Positions 8,436 to 18,792 of a stretch of 39,266 nucleotides of DNA are shown in pieces. The stretch is from Escherichia phage N30. Position numbers and translations under genes: made by a program. Within the stretch, counting starts at the first letter, position 1. Each line of letters begins with the position of its first letter. The notes below the pieces were generated by a model. That model ran no database searches. It worked only from the letters and a program-made list of their open reading frames with translations, and was not told the DNA's origin. The DNA is taken from sequence record NC_048078.1; one strand, 5' to 3'.

Positions 8436-8443
<8 letters not shown>
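7901..8443 (+). CDS. 1.7: gp1.7, nucleotide (dGMP/dTMP) kinase
   Basis: 180 aa, [51 protein letters not shown]...; start overlaps the 1.6 stop (TGATG). Confidence 0.9.
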
Positions 8444-8748
<305 letters not shown>

Positions 8749-8751
<3 letters not shown>

Positions 8752-8771
8752 TACGACTCACTATTGGGGAA
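8749..8771 (+). promoter_or_regulatory. Phage promoter phi2.5
   Basis: TAATACGACTCACTATTGGGGAA; T at -1, +1 G at 8766. Confidence 0.8.
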
Positions 8772-8816
8772 GACTCCCTCTGAGAAACTAAACGAAACCT
8801 AAAGGAGATTAACATT

Positions 8817-9515
8817 ATGGCTAAGAAGATTTTCACCTCTGCGCTGGGTACTGCTGAACCTTACGCTTACCTCTCTAAGCCGGACTACGGCAACGAAGAG
8901 CGTGGCTTTGGGAACCCTCGTGGTGTCTACAAAGTTGACCTGACTATTCCCAACAAAGACCCGCGCTGCCAGCGTATGGTCGATGAAATCGTGAAGTGCC
9001 ACGAAGAGGCTTATGCTGCTGCCGTTGAGGAATACGAAGCGAACCCGCCTGCTGTAGCTCGTGGTAAGAAACCACTGAAACCGTATGAAGGAGACATGCC
9101 GTTCTTCGATAACGGTGACGGTACGACTACCTTTAAGTTCAAATGCTACGCGTCTTTCCAAGACAAGAAGACCAAAGAGACCAAGCACATTAATCTGGTT
9201 GTGGTTGACTCCAAAGGTAAGAAGATGGAAGACGTTCCGATTATTGGTGGTGGTTCTAAACTGAAAGTCAAATACTCGCTGGTTCCGTACAAGTGGAACA
9301 CAGCTGTAGGTGCGAGCGTTAAGCTGCAACTGGAATCCGTAATGCTGGTCGAACTGGCTACCTTTGGTGGCGGTGAAGATGATTGGGCTGACGAAGTTGA
9401 AGAGAACGGCTATGTTGCCTCTGGTTCTGCCAAAGCGAGCAAACCACGCGACGAAGAAAGCTGGGACGAAGACGACGAAGGGTCCGAGGAAGCAGACGAA
9501 GACGGAGACTTCTAA
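8817..9515 (+). CDS. 2.5: Single-stranded DNA-binding protein (gp2.5)
   Basis: 232 aa with acidic C-terminal tail ending ...DEDDEGSEEADEDGDF. Confidence 0.97.
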   Translation: MAKKIFTSALGTAEPYAYLSKPDYGNEERGFGNPRGVYKVDLTIPNKDPRCQRMVDEIVKCHEEAYAAAVEEYEANPPAVARGKKPLKPYEGDMPFFDNGDGTTTFKFKCYASFQDKKTKETKHINLVVVDSKGKKMEDVPIIGGGSKLKVKYSLVPYKWNTAVGASVKLQLESVMLVELATFGGGEDDWADEVEENGYVASGSAKASKPRDEESWDEDDEGSEEADEDGDF

Positions 9516-9971
9516 GTGGCTGGCGCATACGCTGCGCGTGGTATCAGAAAGGTCGGGACATTCCGTTCCGGCCTAGAAGATAAGGTCTCTAAGCAGCTAG
9601 AGGGTAAGGGCATTAAGTTCGACTATGAACTGTGGAAAATCCCTTACGTTGTCCCTGCGAGCAACCATGTGTATACTCCAGACTTCCTGCTGCCTAACGG
9701 AATCTTTATTGAAACCAAAGGTTTATGGGAGAGTGACGACCGAAAGAAACACTTATTGATTCGCGAACAGTTTCCTGAACTGGACATCCGTCTGGTGTTC
9801 TCAAGTTCGCGCACCAAGCTGTACAAAGGGTCTCCGACCAGTTACGGTGAATGGTGCGAGAAGCACGGTATCCTGTTTGCTGACAAATTAATTCCTGTAG
9901 AATGGCTCAAAGAACCCAAAAAGGAGGTGCCATTTGACAAGCTGAAACAATCGAAGGGAGGAAAGAAATAA
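9516..9971 (+). CDS. 3: Endonuclease I (Holliday-junction resolvase, gp3)
   Basis: 151 aa (MAGAYAARGIRKVGTFRSGLEDKVSKQLEGKGIKFDYELWKIPYVVPASNHVYTPDFLLPNGIFIETKGLWESDDRKKHLLIRE...); GTG start directly after the 2.5 stop. Confidence 0.9.
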   Translation: MAGAYAARGIRKVGTFRSGLEDKVSKQLEGKGIKFDYELWKIPYVVPASNHVYTPDFLLPNGIFIETKGLWESDDRKKHLLIREQFPELDIRLVFSSSRTKLYKGSPTSYGEWCEKHGILFADKLIPVEWLKEPKKEVPFDKLKQSKGGKK

Positions 9972-10426
9972 TGGCTCGTGTACAGTTTAAACAACGTGAA
10001 TCTACTGACGCAATCTTTGTTCATTGCTCGGCTACCAAGCCAAGTCAGAATGTAGGTGTCCGTGAGATTCGCCAGTGGCATAAAGAGCAAGGTTGGCTTG
10101 ATGTCGGGTATCACTTTATCATCAAGCGCGATGGCACAGTAGAGGAAGGTCGAGATGAGATGGCTGTAGGCTCTCACGCTAAGGGTCACAACCACAACTC
10201 TATTGGTGTCTGCCTTGTAGGTGGTATCGACGATAAAGGCAAGTTTGACGCTAACTTTACGCCAGCCCAAATGCAATCCCTCCGCTCACTGCTTGTCACA
10301 CTGCTGGCTAAGTACGAAGGCGCTGTGCTTCGCGCACATCACGATGTGGCACCTAAGGCTTGCCCATCGTTCGACCTTAAGCGTTGGTGGGAGAAGAACG
10401 AACTGGTCACTTCTGACCGTGGATAA
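9971..10426 (+). CDS. 3.5: Lysozyme (N-acetylmuramoyl-L-alanine amidase, RNAP inhibitor; gp3.5)
   Basis: 151 aa, MARVQFKQRESTDAIFVHCSATKPSQNVGVREIRQWHKEQGWLDVGYHFIIKRDGTVEEGRDEMAVGSHAKGHNHNSIGVCLVGG... Confidence 0.97.
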   Translation: MARVQFKQRESTDAIFVHCSATKPSQNVGVREIRQWHKEQGWLDVGYHFIIKRDGTVEEGRDEMAVGSHAKGHNHNSIGVCLVGGIDDKGKFDANFTPAQMQSLRSLLVTLLAKYEGAVLRAHHDVAPKACPSFDLKRWWEKNELVTSDRG

Positions 10427-10427
10427 T

Positions 10428-10470
10428 TAATTGAACTCACTAAAGGGAGACCACAACGGTTTCCCTTTGT
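10428..10470 (+). promoter_or_regulatory. Phage promoter phi3.8-type with downstream leader hairpin
   Basis: TAATTGAACTCACTAAAGGGAGA (+1 G at 10445) followed by GGGAGACCACAACGGTTTCCC stem-loop. Confidence 0.8.
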
Positions 10471-10482
10471 TCGCATTGTTGA

Positions 10483-12201
<1,719 letters not shown>

Positions 12202-12218
12202 ATGATACGTGATGATAT

Positions 12219-12241
12219 TAATTAGACTCACTAAAGGAGGT
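12219..12241 (+). promoter_or_regulatory. Phage promoter (phi4.3-type)
   Basis: TAATTAGACTCACTAAAGGAGGT, +1 G at 12236; the AAAGGAGG doubles as the Shine-Dalgarno for the ATG at 12248. Confidence 0.7.
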
Positions 12242-12247
12242 AGCCAC

Positions 12248-12667
12248 ATGAGCACTGACTTAGAGAGACTTGAAAGATTCTTGAAGATTGAGGGCGATTG
12301 CTGGCTGTTCACTGGCGGCAAGTCACATGCCTACGGAGTGTTCTGGATGGGTGGTAAGAATCACAAGGCACATAGGGCTGCCTTCGAACTTTATAATGGG
12401 AGGAAACCTAATGGTGTTATATTACACTCTTGTGATAATCCTTTGTGCTGCAATCCCGCTCATCTATCTGAGGGAACTCAGCTTGATAATATGGTGGACA
12501 TGGTTAGAAAGGGACGCTCGTTAAAGGGTACGAAGAATCCCGCATGTAAGTTTACCGATGAGGATGTCAAGTTCATTCAGGAGTCTACCATGAAGGTCAA
12601 AGATTTAGCCACTCTATTCGGAGTGACGCGCCAAACAATAACCAGATGGAGGAAACACCATGTTTAA
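12248..12667 (+). CDS. HNH (homing-type) endonuclease with C-terminal helix-turn-helix-like tail
   Basis: 139 aa; HSCDNPLCCNPAHLSEGTQLDN matches the HNH H-x-CDNP-x-C-x-NP-x-HL pattern; clear paralogy with the ORF at 38108. The ATG at 12248 has a strong SD; the track start at 12209 lies inside the promoter. Confidence 0.85.
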   Translation: MSTDLERLERFLKIEGDCWLFTGGKSHAYGVFWMGGKNHKAHRAAFELYNGRKPNGVILHSCDNPLCCNPAHLSEGTQLDNMVDMVRKGRSLKGTKNPACKFTDEDVKFIQESTMKVKDLATLFGVTRQTITRWRKHHV

Positions 12668-12872
12668 ACTGATTAAGAAGTTGGGCAAACTGCTGGTTCG
12701 TTTGTATAACGTGGAAGCCAAGCGACTGAACGACGAGGCCCGTAATGAAGCCACACAGTCCCGCGCTCTGGCTATCCGCTCTAACGAACTGGCTGACAGC
12801 GCATCAAATAAAGTTACCGAGGCAGCTCGCGTAGCCAACCAAGCTCAACAACTTTCCAAATTCTTTGAGTAA
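12660..12872 (+). CDS. 4.3: gp4.3
   Basis: 70 aa, MFKLIKKLGKLLVRLYNVEAKRLNDEARNEATQSRALAIRSNELADSASNKVTEAARVANQAQQLSKFFE; start overlaps the HNH ORF end. Confidence 0.9.
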   Translation: MFKLIKKLGKLLVRLYNVEAKRLNDEARNEATQSRALAIRSNELADSASNKVTEAARVANQAQQLSKFFE

Positions 12873-12891
12873 TCAAACAGGAGAAACCATC

Positions 12892-13161
12892 ATGTCTAAC
12901 GTAGCTGAAACTATCCGTCTATCCGATACCGCTGACCAGTGGAACCGTCGAGTCCACATCAACGTTCGCAACGGTAAGGCGACTATGGTTTACCGCTGGA
13001 AGGACTCTAAGTCCTCTAAGAATCACACTCAGCGTATGACATTGACTGACGAGCAAGCACTGCGTCTGGTCAATGCGCTTACCAAAGCTGCCGTGACCGC
13101 AATTCATGAGGCTGGTCGCGTTGATGAAGCTATGGCTATCCTCGACAAGATTGACAGCTAA
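12892..13161 (+). CDS. 4.5: gp4.5 (Lon protease inhibitor in T7)
   Basis: MSNVAETIRLSDTADQWNRRVHINVRNGKATMVYRWKDSKSSKNHTQRMTLTDEQALRLVNALTK... (89 aa); internal ATG of track ORF 12865, with GGAGA upstream. Confidence 0.85.
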   Translation: MSNVAETIRLSDTADQWNRRVHINVRNGKATMVYRWKDSKSSKNHTQRMTLTDEQALRLVNALTKAAVTAIHEAGRVDEAMAILDKIDS

Positions 13162-13164
13162 GAG

Positions 13165-13205
13165 TGGTATGCTCAAGGTCGCCCAAGCGGTGGCCTTCAT
13201 GAATA
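13165..13205 (+). promoter_or_regulatory. RNase III site R4.7 (approximate)
   Basis: gctcaaggtcgcccaagcggtggccttcatga hairpin. Confidence 0.4.
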
Positions 13206-13228
13206 CTATTCGACTCACTATAGGAGAT
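13206..13228 (+). promoter_or_regulatory. Phage promoter phi4.7
   Basis: TACTATTCGACTCACTATAGGAGA, +1 G at 13223. Confidence 0.8.
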
Positions 13229-13234
13229 ATGACC

Positions 13235-13642
13235 ATGCGTGACCCTAAAGTTATCCAAGCAGAAATCGCTAAACTGGAAGCTGAACTTGAGGACGTTAAG
13301 TACCATGAAGCCAAGACTCGCTCCGCTGTTCACATTTTGAAGAACTTAGGGTGGACTTGGACACGACAGACTGGCTGGAAGAAGCCGGAAGTTTACAAGT
13401 TGAGCCACAAGGTGTTCGATAAGGACACTATGACCCACATCAAGGCTGGTGATTGGGTTAAGGTTGACATGGGAGTTGTTGGTGGGTACGGCTATGTCCG
13501 CTCAGTGAGTGGCAAATACGCACAAGTGTCATACATCACTGGCGTTACTCCGCGAGGAGCAATCGTTGCAGACAAGACCAACATGATTCACACAGGCTTC
13601 TTGACAGTTGTCTCGTATGAAGAGATTGTTAAGTCACGATAA
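13235..13642 (+). CDS. 4.7: gp4.7
   Basis: MRDPKVIQAEIAKLEAELEDVKYHEAKTRSAVHILKNLGWTWTRQTGWKKPEVYKLSHKVF... (135 aa); internal Met of track ORF 13106. Confidence 0.85.
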   Translation: MRDPKVIQAEIAKLEAELEDVKYHEAKTRSAVHILKNLGWTWTRQTGWKKPEVYKLSHKVFDKDTMTHIKAGDWVKVDMGVVGGYGYVRSVSGKYAQVSYITGVTPRGAIVADKTNMIHTGFLTVVSYEEIVKSR

Positions 13643-13660
13643 TCAATAGGAGAAATCAAT

Positions 13661-15775
13661 ATGATCGTTTCTGACATCGAAGCTAACGCCCTCTTAGAGA
13701 GCGTCACTAAGTTCCACTGCGGGGTTATCTACGACTACTCCACCGCTGAGTACGTAAGCTACCGTCCGAGTGACTTCGGTGCGTATCTGGATGCGCTGGA
13801 AGCCGAGGTTGCACGAGGCGGTCTTATTGTGTTCCACAACGGTCACAAGTATGACGTTCCCGCATTGACCAAACTGGCAAAGCTACAATTGAACCGAGAG
13901 TTCCACCTTCCTCGTGAGAACTGTATCGACACCCTTGTGCTGTCACGCTTGATTCACTCTAACCTAAAGGACACCGATATGGGTCTTCTGCGTTCCGGTA
14001 AACTGCCTGGGAAACGCTTTGGGTCTCACGCTCTGGAGGCGTGGGGTTATCGCTTAGGAGAGATGAAGGGTGAATACAAGGATGACTTTAAGCGTATGCT
14101 TGAAGAGCAAGGTGAAGAATACGTTGACGGAATGGAGTGGTGGAACTTCAACGAAGAGATGATGGACTATAACGTTCAGGACGTTGTTGTCACTAAGGCT
14201 CTCCTTGAGAAGCTACTCTCTGACAAACATTACTTCCCTCCTGAGATTGACTTTACGGACGTAGGTTACACTACGTTCTGGTCAGAATCCCTTGAGGCCG
14301 TTGATGTTGAACATCGCGCTGCATGGCTACTCGCTAAGCAAGAGCGCAATGGATTCCCGTTTGACACTAAAGCAATCGAAGAGTTGTACGTAGAGTTAGC
14401 TGCTCGACGCTCTGAGTTGCTCCGTAAATTGACCGAAACGTTCGGCTCGTGGTATCAGCCTAAAGGTGGCACAGAAATGTTCTGCCATCCGAGGACTGGT
14501 AAGCCATTGCCTAAATACCCTCGCATTAAGACACCTAAAGTTGGTGGTATCTTTAAGAAGCCTAAGAACAAGGCACAGCGAGAAGGCCGTGAGCCTTGCG
14601 AACTGGATACCCGCGAGTACGTTGCTGGTGCTCCGTATACTCCAGTTGAGCACGTAGTGTTTAACCCTTCGTCTCGTGACCACATCCAGAAGAAACTCCA
14701 AGAGGCTGGATGGGTCCCAACCAAGTACACCGATAAGGGCGCTCCTGTGGTGGACGATGAGGTACTCGAAGGAGTGCGTGTGGATGACCCTGAGAAGCAA
14801 GCTGCTATCGACCTCATTAAAGAATACTTGATGATTCAGAAGAGAATCGGACAGTCCGCTGAGGGAGACAAGGCTTGGCTTCGCTATGTTGCCGAGGACG
14901 GTAAGATTCATGGTTCTGTTAACCCTAATGGAGCAGTTACGGGTCGTGCTACCCATGCGTTCCCCAACCTTGCGCAAATTCCGGGTGTACGTTCTCCTTA
15001 TGGAGAGCAGTGTCGCGCTGCTTTTGGCGCTGAGCACCATTTGGATGGGATAACTGGTAAGCCTTGGGTGCAGGCAGGTATCGACGCATCCGGTCTGGAG
15101 CTACGCTGCTTGGCTCACTTCATGGCTCGCTTTGATAACGGCGAGTACGCTCACGAGATTCTTAATGGTGACATTCACACTAAGAACCAGATGGCTGCTG
15201 AATTGCCTACCCGTGATAACGCTAAGACGTTCATCTATGGGTTCCTTTATGGGGCTGGCGATGAGAAGATTGGGCAGATTGTCGGTGCTGGTAAAGAGCG
15301 CGGTAAGGAACTCAAGAAGAAATTCCTTGAGAACACCCCTGCGATTGCAGCACTACGTGAGTCTATCCAACAGACCCTTGTTGAGTCCTCTCAGTGGGTG
15401 GCTGGTGAACAGCAAGTCAAGTGGAAACGCCGCTGGATTAAAGGTCTGGATGGTCGTAAGGTACACGTCCGTAGTCCTCACGCTGCCTTGAATACCCTAC
15501 TACAATCTGCTGGTGCTCTCATCTGCAAACTGTGGATTATCAAGACCGAAGAGATGCTCGTAGAGAAAGGCTTGAAGCACGGCTGGGATGGGGACTTTGC
15601 GTACATGGCATGGGTACATGATGAAATCCAAGTAGGTTGCCGTACCGAAGAGATTGCTCAGGTTGTCATTGAGACAGCACAAGAAGCAATGCGCTGGGTT
15701 GGAGACCACTGGAACTTCCGGTGTCTTCTGGATACCGAAGGTAAGATGGGTCCTAATTGGGCCGTATGTCACTAA
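13661..15775 (+). CDS. 5: DNA polymerase (family A, thioredoxin-binding type)
   Basis: 704 aa, [76 protein letters not shown]... Confidence 0.98.
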   Translation: MIVSDIEANALLESVTKFHCGVIYDYSTAEYVSYRPSDFGAYLDALEAEVARGGLIVFHNGHKYDVPALTKLAKLQLNREFHLPRENCIDTLVLSRLIHSNLKDTDMGLLRSGKLPGKRFGSHALEAWGYRLGEMKGEYKDDFKRMLEEQGEEYVDGMEWWNFNEEMMDYNVQDVVVTKALLEKLLSDKHYFPPEIDFTDVGYTTFWSESLEAVDVEHRAAWLLAKQERNGFPFDTKAIEELYVELAARRSELLRKLTETFGSWYQPKGGTEMFCHPRTGKPLPKYPRIKTPKVGGIFKKPKNKAQREGREPCELDTREYVAGAPYTPVEHVVFNPSSRDHIQKKLQEAGWVPTKYTDKGAPVVDDEVLEGVRVDDPEKQAAIDLIKEYLMIQKRIGQSAEGDKAWLRYVAEDGKIHGSVNPNGAVTGRATHAFPNLAQIPGVRSPYGEQCRAAFGAEHHLDGITGKPWVQAGIDASGLELRCLAHFMARFDNGEYAHEILNGDIHTKNQMAAELPTRDNAKTFIYGFLYGAGDEKIGQIVGAGKERGKELKKKFLENTPAIAALRESIQQTLVESSQWVAGEQQVKWKRRWIKGLDGRKVHVRSPHAALNTLLQSAGALICKLWIIKTEEMLVEKGLKHGWDGDFAYMAWVHDEIQVGCRTEEIAQVVIETAQEAMRWVGDHWNFRCLLDTEGKMGPNWAVCH

Positions 15776-15794
15776 TTCTATAGGAGAAATTATT

Positions 15795-16091
15795 ATGGCT
15801 ATCACGAAGAAATTTAAAGTGTCCTTTGATGTTACCCTTAAGCTGGACAGCGAGACCGAAGAACTTATGCGAGAAAAGATTCTGGACTTAGCTCATCGTG
15901 CTGGCGCTGGTGAGGAGATTGGTCCTATGGACCGAGAGTTGTTAGTTCAGGCCCTGACACGCGGCCCAGATGGTGCTGCTGCATTTGCTGTACGACAAGG
16001 TATCCGTAATGCTGTCAAGGAGATGTTCGAAGATTCTAGTGATAAAGCACTGTTCAAACAGTCTCCTGCAACTGTACGGGAGGTGTTCTGA
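15795..16091 (+). CDS. 5.5: gp5.5 (H-NS-binding protein in T7)
   Basis: MAITKKFKVSFDVTLKLDSETEELMREKILDL...FKQSPATVREVF (98 aa); internal Met of track ORF 15654, with GGAGA upstream. Confidence 0.85.
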   Translation: MAITKKFKVSFDVTLKLDSETEELMREKILDLAHRAGAGEEIGPMDRELLVQALTRGPDGAAAFAVRQGIRNAVKEMFEDSSDKALFKQSPATVREVF

Positions 16092-16300
16092 TGTCTGACT
16101 ATCTGAAAGTGCTGCAAGCAATCAAAGGTTGCCCTAAGACTTTCCAGTCCAACTATGTACGGAACAACGCGAGCCTCGTAGCGGAGGCCGCTTCCCGTGG
16201 TCACATCTCATGTCTGACTACAAGCGGACGAAACGGTGGTGCTTGGGAAATCACTGCTTCTGGTACTCGCTTTCTGAAACGAATGGGAGGGTGTGTCTGA
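16091..16300 (+). CDS. 5.7: gp5.7
   Basis: 69 aa, MSDYLKVLQAIKGCPKTFQSNYVRNNASLVAEAASRGHISCLTTSGRNGGAWEITASGTRFLKRMGGCV. Confidence 0.9.
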   Translation: MSDYLKVLQAIKGCPKTFQSNYVRNNASLVAEAASRGHISCLTTSGRNGGAWEITASGTRFLKRMGGCV

Positions 16301-16458
16301 TGGTGCGTGACACTGTAACAATTCCTCGTGATGCGTGGAACGATATGCAGGGTTATATTGATTCTCTGGAACGTGAGAACGATAGCCTTAAGAACCAACT
16401 TATGGAAGCTGACGAATACGTGGCTGAGCTAGAGGAGAAACTTAATGGCGCTTCTTGA
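16300..16458 (+). CDS. 5.9: gp5.9 (RecBCD inhibitor in T7)
   Basis: MVRDTVTIPRDAWNDMQGYIDSLERENDSLKNQLMEADEYVAELEEKLNGAS (52 aa); ATG overlaps the 5.7 stop. Confidence 0.85.
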   Translation: MVRDTVTIPRDAWNDMQGYIDSLERENDSLKNQLMEADEYVAELEEKLNGAS

Positions 16459-17347
16459 CCTTAAACAATTCTACGAGTTACGTGAAGGCTGTAACGACAA
16501 GGGTATCCTTGTGATGGATGGTGACTGGCTGGTCTTCCAAGCTATGAGTGCTGCCGAGTTTGATGCCTCTTGGGAGGAAGAGATTTGGCACCGCTGCTGC
16601 GACCACGCTAAGGCCCGTAAGATTCTGGATGATTCCATCAAGTCCTATGAGACCCGTAAGAAGGCTTGGGTAGGTGCTCCGATTGTCCTTGCGTTCACAG
16701 ATAGTGTCAACTGGCGTAAAGAACTGGTGGACCCGAACTACAAGGCTAACCGTAAGGCCACGAAGAAACCTGTAGGTTACTTTGAGTTCCTTGATGCTCT
16801 CTTTGAGCGTGAAGAGTTCTACTGCATTCGTGAGCCTATGCTTGAGGGAGATGACGTTATGGGAGTGATTGCTTCCAATCCGTCTGCCTTCGGTGCCCGT
16901 AAGGCGGTAATCATCTCGTGTGATAAGGACTTCAAGACCATCCCTAACTGTGACTTCTTGTGGTGTACCACTGGTAACATCCTGACTCAGACCGAAGAGT
17001 CCGCTGACTGGTGGCACCTATTCCAGACAATCAAGGGTGATATTACCGATGGTTACTCAGGGATTGCCGGATGGGGTGATACCGCTGAGGACTTCTTGAA
17101 TAACCCGTTCATTACCGAGCCTAAGACCTCTGTGCTTAAGTCTGGTAAGAACAAAGGGCAGGAGGTAACTAAGTGGGTTAAACGCGACCCTGAGCCTCAT
17201 GAGACGCTTTGGGACTGCATTAAGTCCATTGGTGCGAAGGCTGGTATGACCGAAGAGGATGTCATCAAGCAGGGCCAAATGGCTCGCATCCTACGGTTCA
17301 ATGAGTACAACTTTATTGACAAGGAGATTTACCTGTGGAGACCGTAG
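16445..17347 (+). CDS. 6: 5'-3' exonuclease (gp6)
   Basis: 300 aa, MALLDLKQFYELREGCNDKGILVMDGDWLVFQAMSAAEFDASWEEEIWHRCCDHAKARK... Confidence 0.97.
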   Translation: MALLDLKQFYELREGCNDKGILVMDGDWLVFQAMSAAEFDASWEEEIWHRCCDHAKARKILDDSIKSYETRKKAWVGAPIVLAFTDSVNWRKELVDPNYKANRKATKKPVGYFEFLDALFEREEFYCIREPMLEGDDVMGVIASNPSAFGARKAVIISCDKDFKTIPNCDFLWCTTGNILTQTEESADWWHLFQTIKGDITDGYSGIAGWGDTAEDFLNNPFITEPKTSVLKSGKNKGQEVTKWVKRDPEPHETLWDCIKSIGAKAGMTEEDVIKQGQMARILRFNEYNFIDKEIYLWRP

Positions 17348-17448
17348 CGTATATTGGCATTGGTCTTTGTGTCCTCGGAATTGGCCTCATTGCGTGGGGC
17401 CTTTGGGACTTAGCCCGAATAATCAAGTCCTTACACGACACTAAGTGA
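17335..17448 (+). CDS. 6.3: gp6.3, small hydrophobic protein
   Basis: Hand-translated GTG-initiated 37-aa ORF (V/M)ETVAYIGIGLCVLGIGLIAWGLWDLARIIKSLHDTK, overlapping the gene 6 end by 13 nt as in T7. Confidence 0.55.
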   Translation: METVAYIGIGLCVLGIGLIAWGLWDLARIIKSLHDTK

Positions 17449-17468
17449 TAAACTCAAGGTCCCTAAAT

Positions 17469-17491
17469 TAATACGACTCACTATAGGGAGA
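17469..17491 (+). promoter_or_regulatory. Phage class III promoter phi6.5 (inside RNase III hairpin R6.5)
   Basis: TAATACGACTCACTATAGGGAGA, +1 G at 17486; flanked by ctcaaggtccc ... ggggcctttatga. Confidence 0.9.
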
Positions 17492-17545
17492 TAGGGGCCT
17501 TTATGATTATTACTTTAAGATTTAACTCTAAGAGGAATCTTTATC

Positions 17546-17800
17546 ATGTTAACACCTATTAGCCAATTACTTAAGAACCCTAACGATATTCCAGACGTGC
17601 CTCGTGCAACCGCTGAGTATCTACAGGTTCGATTCAACCATGCGTATCTCGAAGCGTCTGGTCATATAGGATTTATGCGTGCTAGTGGTTGTAGTGAAGC
17701 CCACATCTTGGGTTTCATTCAGGGCCTACAGTATGCCTCTAACATCATTGACGAGATTGAGTTGCGCAAGGAACAACTAAGAGAAGATGGGGAGGATTGA
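17546..17800 (+). CDS. 6.5: gp6.5
   Basis: 84 aa, [48 protein letters not shown]... Confidence 0.9.
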   Translation: MLTPISQLLKNPNDIPDVPRATAEYLQVRFNHAYLEASGHIGFMRASGCSEAHILGFIQGLQYASNIIDEIELRKEQLREDGED

Positions 17801-17804
17801 CCTT

Positions 17805-18071
17805 ATGTGTTTCTCACCGAAAGTTAAAGTTCCGAAGATGGATACCAATCAGATTCGAGCCGTTGAGCCAGCGCCACTGACACAAGAAGTGTCAAGCGTG
17901 GAGTTCGGTGGGTCTTCTGATGAGACGGATACCGAAGGCACCGAAGTGTCTGGACGCAAAGACCTCAAGGTCGAACGCGATGATTCCGTAGCGAAGTCTA
18001 AAGCCGCTGGCACTGGCTCCGCTCGTATGAAATCTTCAATCCGTAAGTCTGCATTCGGAGGTAAGAAGTAA
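17805..18071 (+). CDS. 6.7: gp6.7, virion protein
   Basis: MCFSPKVKVPKMDTNQIRAVEPAPLTQEVSSVEFGG...SIRKSAFGGKK (88 aa); internal ATG of track ORF 17787, with GGGGAGGA upstream. Confidence 0.8.
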   Translation: MCFSPKVKVPKMDTNQIRAVEPAPLTQEVSSVEFGGSSDETDTEGTEVSGRKDLKVERDDSVAKSKAAGTGSARMKSSIRKSAFGGKK

Positions 18072-18472
18072 TGCCTGAGTTCACATGTGTGGAAGCCAAA
18101 AGCCGCTTCCGTGCAATCCGGTGGACTGTAGAGCACCTTGGGTTGCCTAAGGGATTCGAAGGACACTTTATTGGTTACAGCCTCTACGTTGACGAAGTTA
18201 TGGACATGTCTGGTTGTCGTGAAGAGTACATTCTGGACTCTACCGGAAAACATGTAGCGTACTTCGCGTGGTGCGTAAGCTGTGACATTCACCACAAGGG
18301 AGACATTCTGGACGTTACGTCAGTTGTCATTAATCCAGAGGCAGACTCTAAAGGCTTACAGCGATTCTTAGCGAAACGCTTTAAGTACCTTGCAGAACTC
18401 CACGATTGCGATTGGGTGTCCCGCTGCAAACATGAAGGCGAGACAATGCGTGTATACTTTAAGGAGGTATAA
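18071..18472 (+). CDS. 7: gp7, host-range/virion protein
   Basis: 133 aa, MPEFTCVEAKSRFRAIRWTVEHLGLPKGFEGHFIGYSLYVDEVMDMSGCREEY... Confidence 0.9.
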   Translation: MPEFTCVEAKSRFRAIRWTVEHLGLPKGFEGHFIGYSLYVDEVMDMSGCREEYILDSTGKHVAYFAWCVSCDIHHKGDILDVTSVVINPEADSKGLQRFLAKRFKYLAELHDCDWVSRCKHEGETMRVYFKEV

Positions 18473-18475
18473 GTT

Positions 18476-18778
18476 ATGGGTAAGAAAATTAAGAAGGCCG
18501 TGAAGAAAGTCACTAAGTCCGTTAAGAAAGTCGTTAAGGAAGTGGCCCGTCCGGTTAAACAGGTTGCCAGTGGTCTGGCTGGCGGTGCAGGTGAAGCACA
18601 AGTAGTGGAAGTACCACAAGCTGCTGCAACTCCTGCTGCACAGATTGTTGATGTACCTGAGAAAGAGGTTTCCACTGAGGACGAAGCACAGACCGAAAGC
18701 GGACGCAAGAAAGCCCGTGCTGGTGGTAAGAAGTCCTTAAGTGTTGCCCGTAGCTCCGGTGGCGGCATCAATATTTAA
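18476..18778 (+). CDS. 7.3: gp7.3, tail/adsorption protein
   Basis: 100 aa, Lys-rich N-terminus MGKKIKKAVKKVTKSVKKVVKEVARPVKQ... Confidence 0.9.
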   Translation: MGKKIKKAVKKVTKSVKKVVKEVARPVKQVASGLAGGAGEAQVVEVPQAAATPAAQIVDVPEKEVSTEDEAQTESGRKKARAGGKKSLSVARSSGGGINI

Positions 18779-18792
18779 TCAGGAGGTGACAC

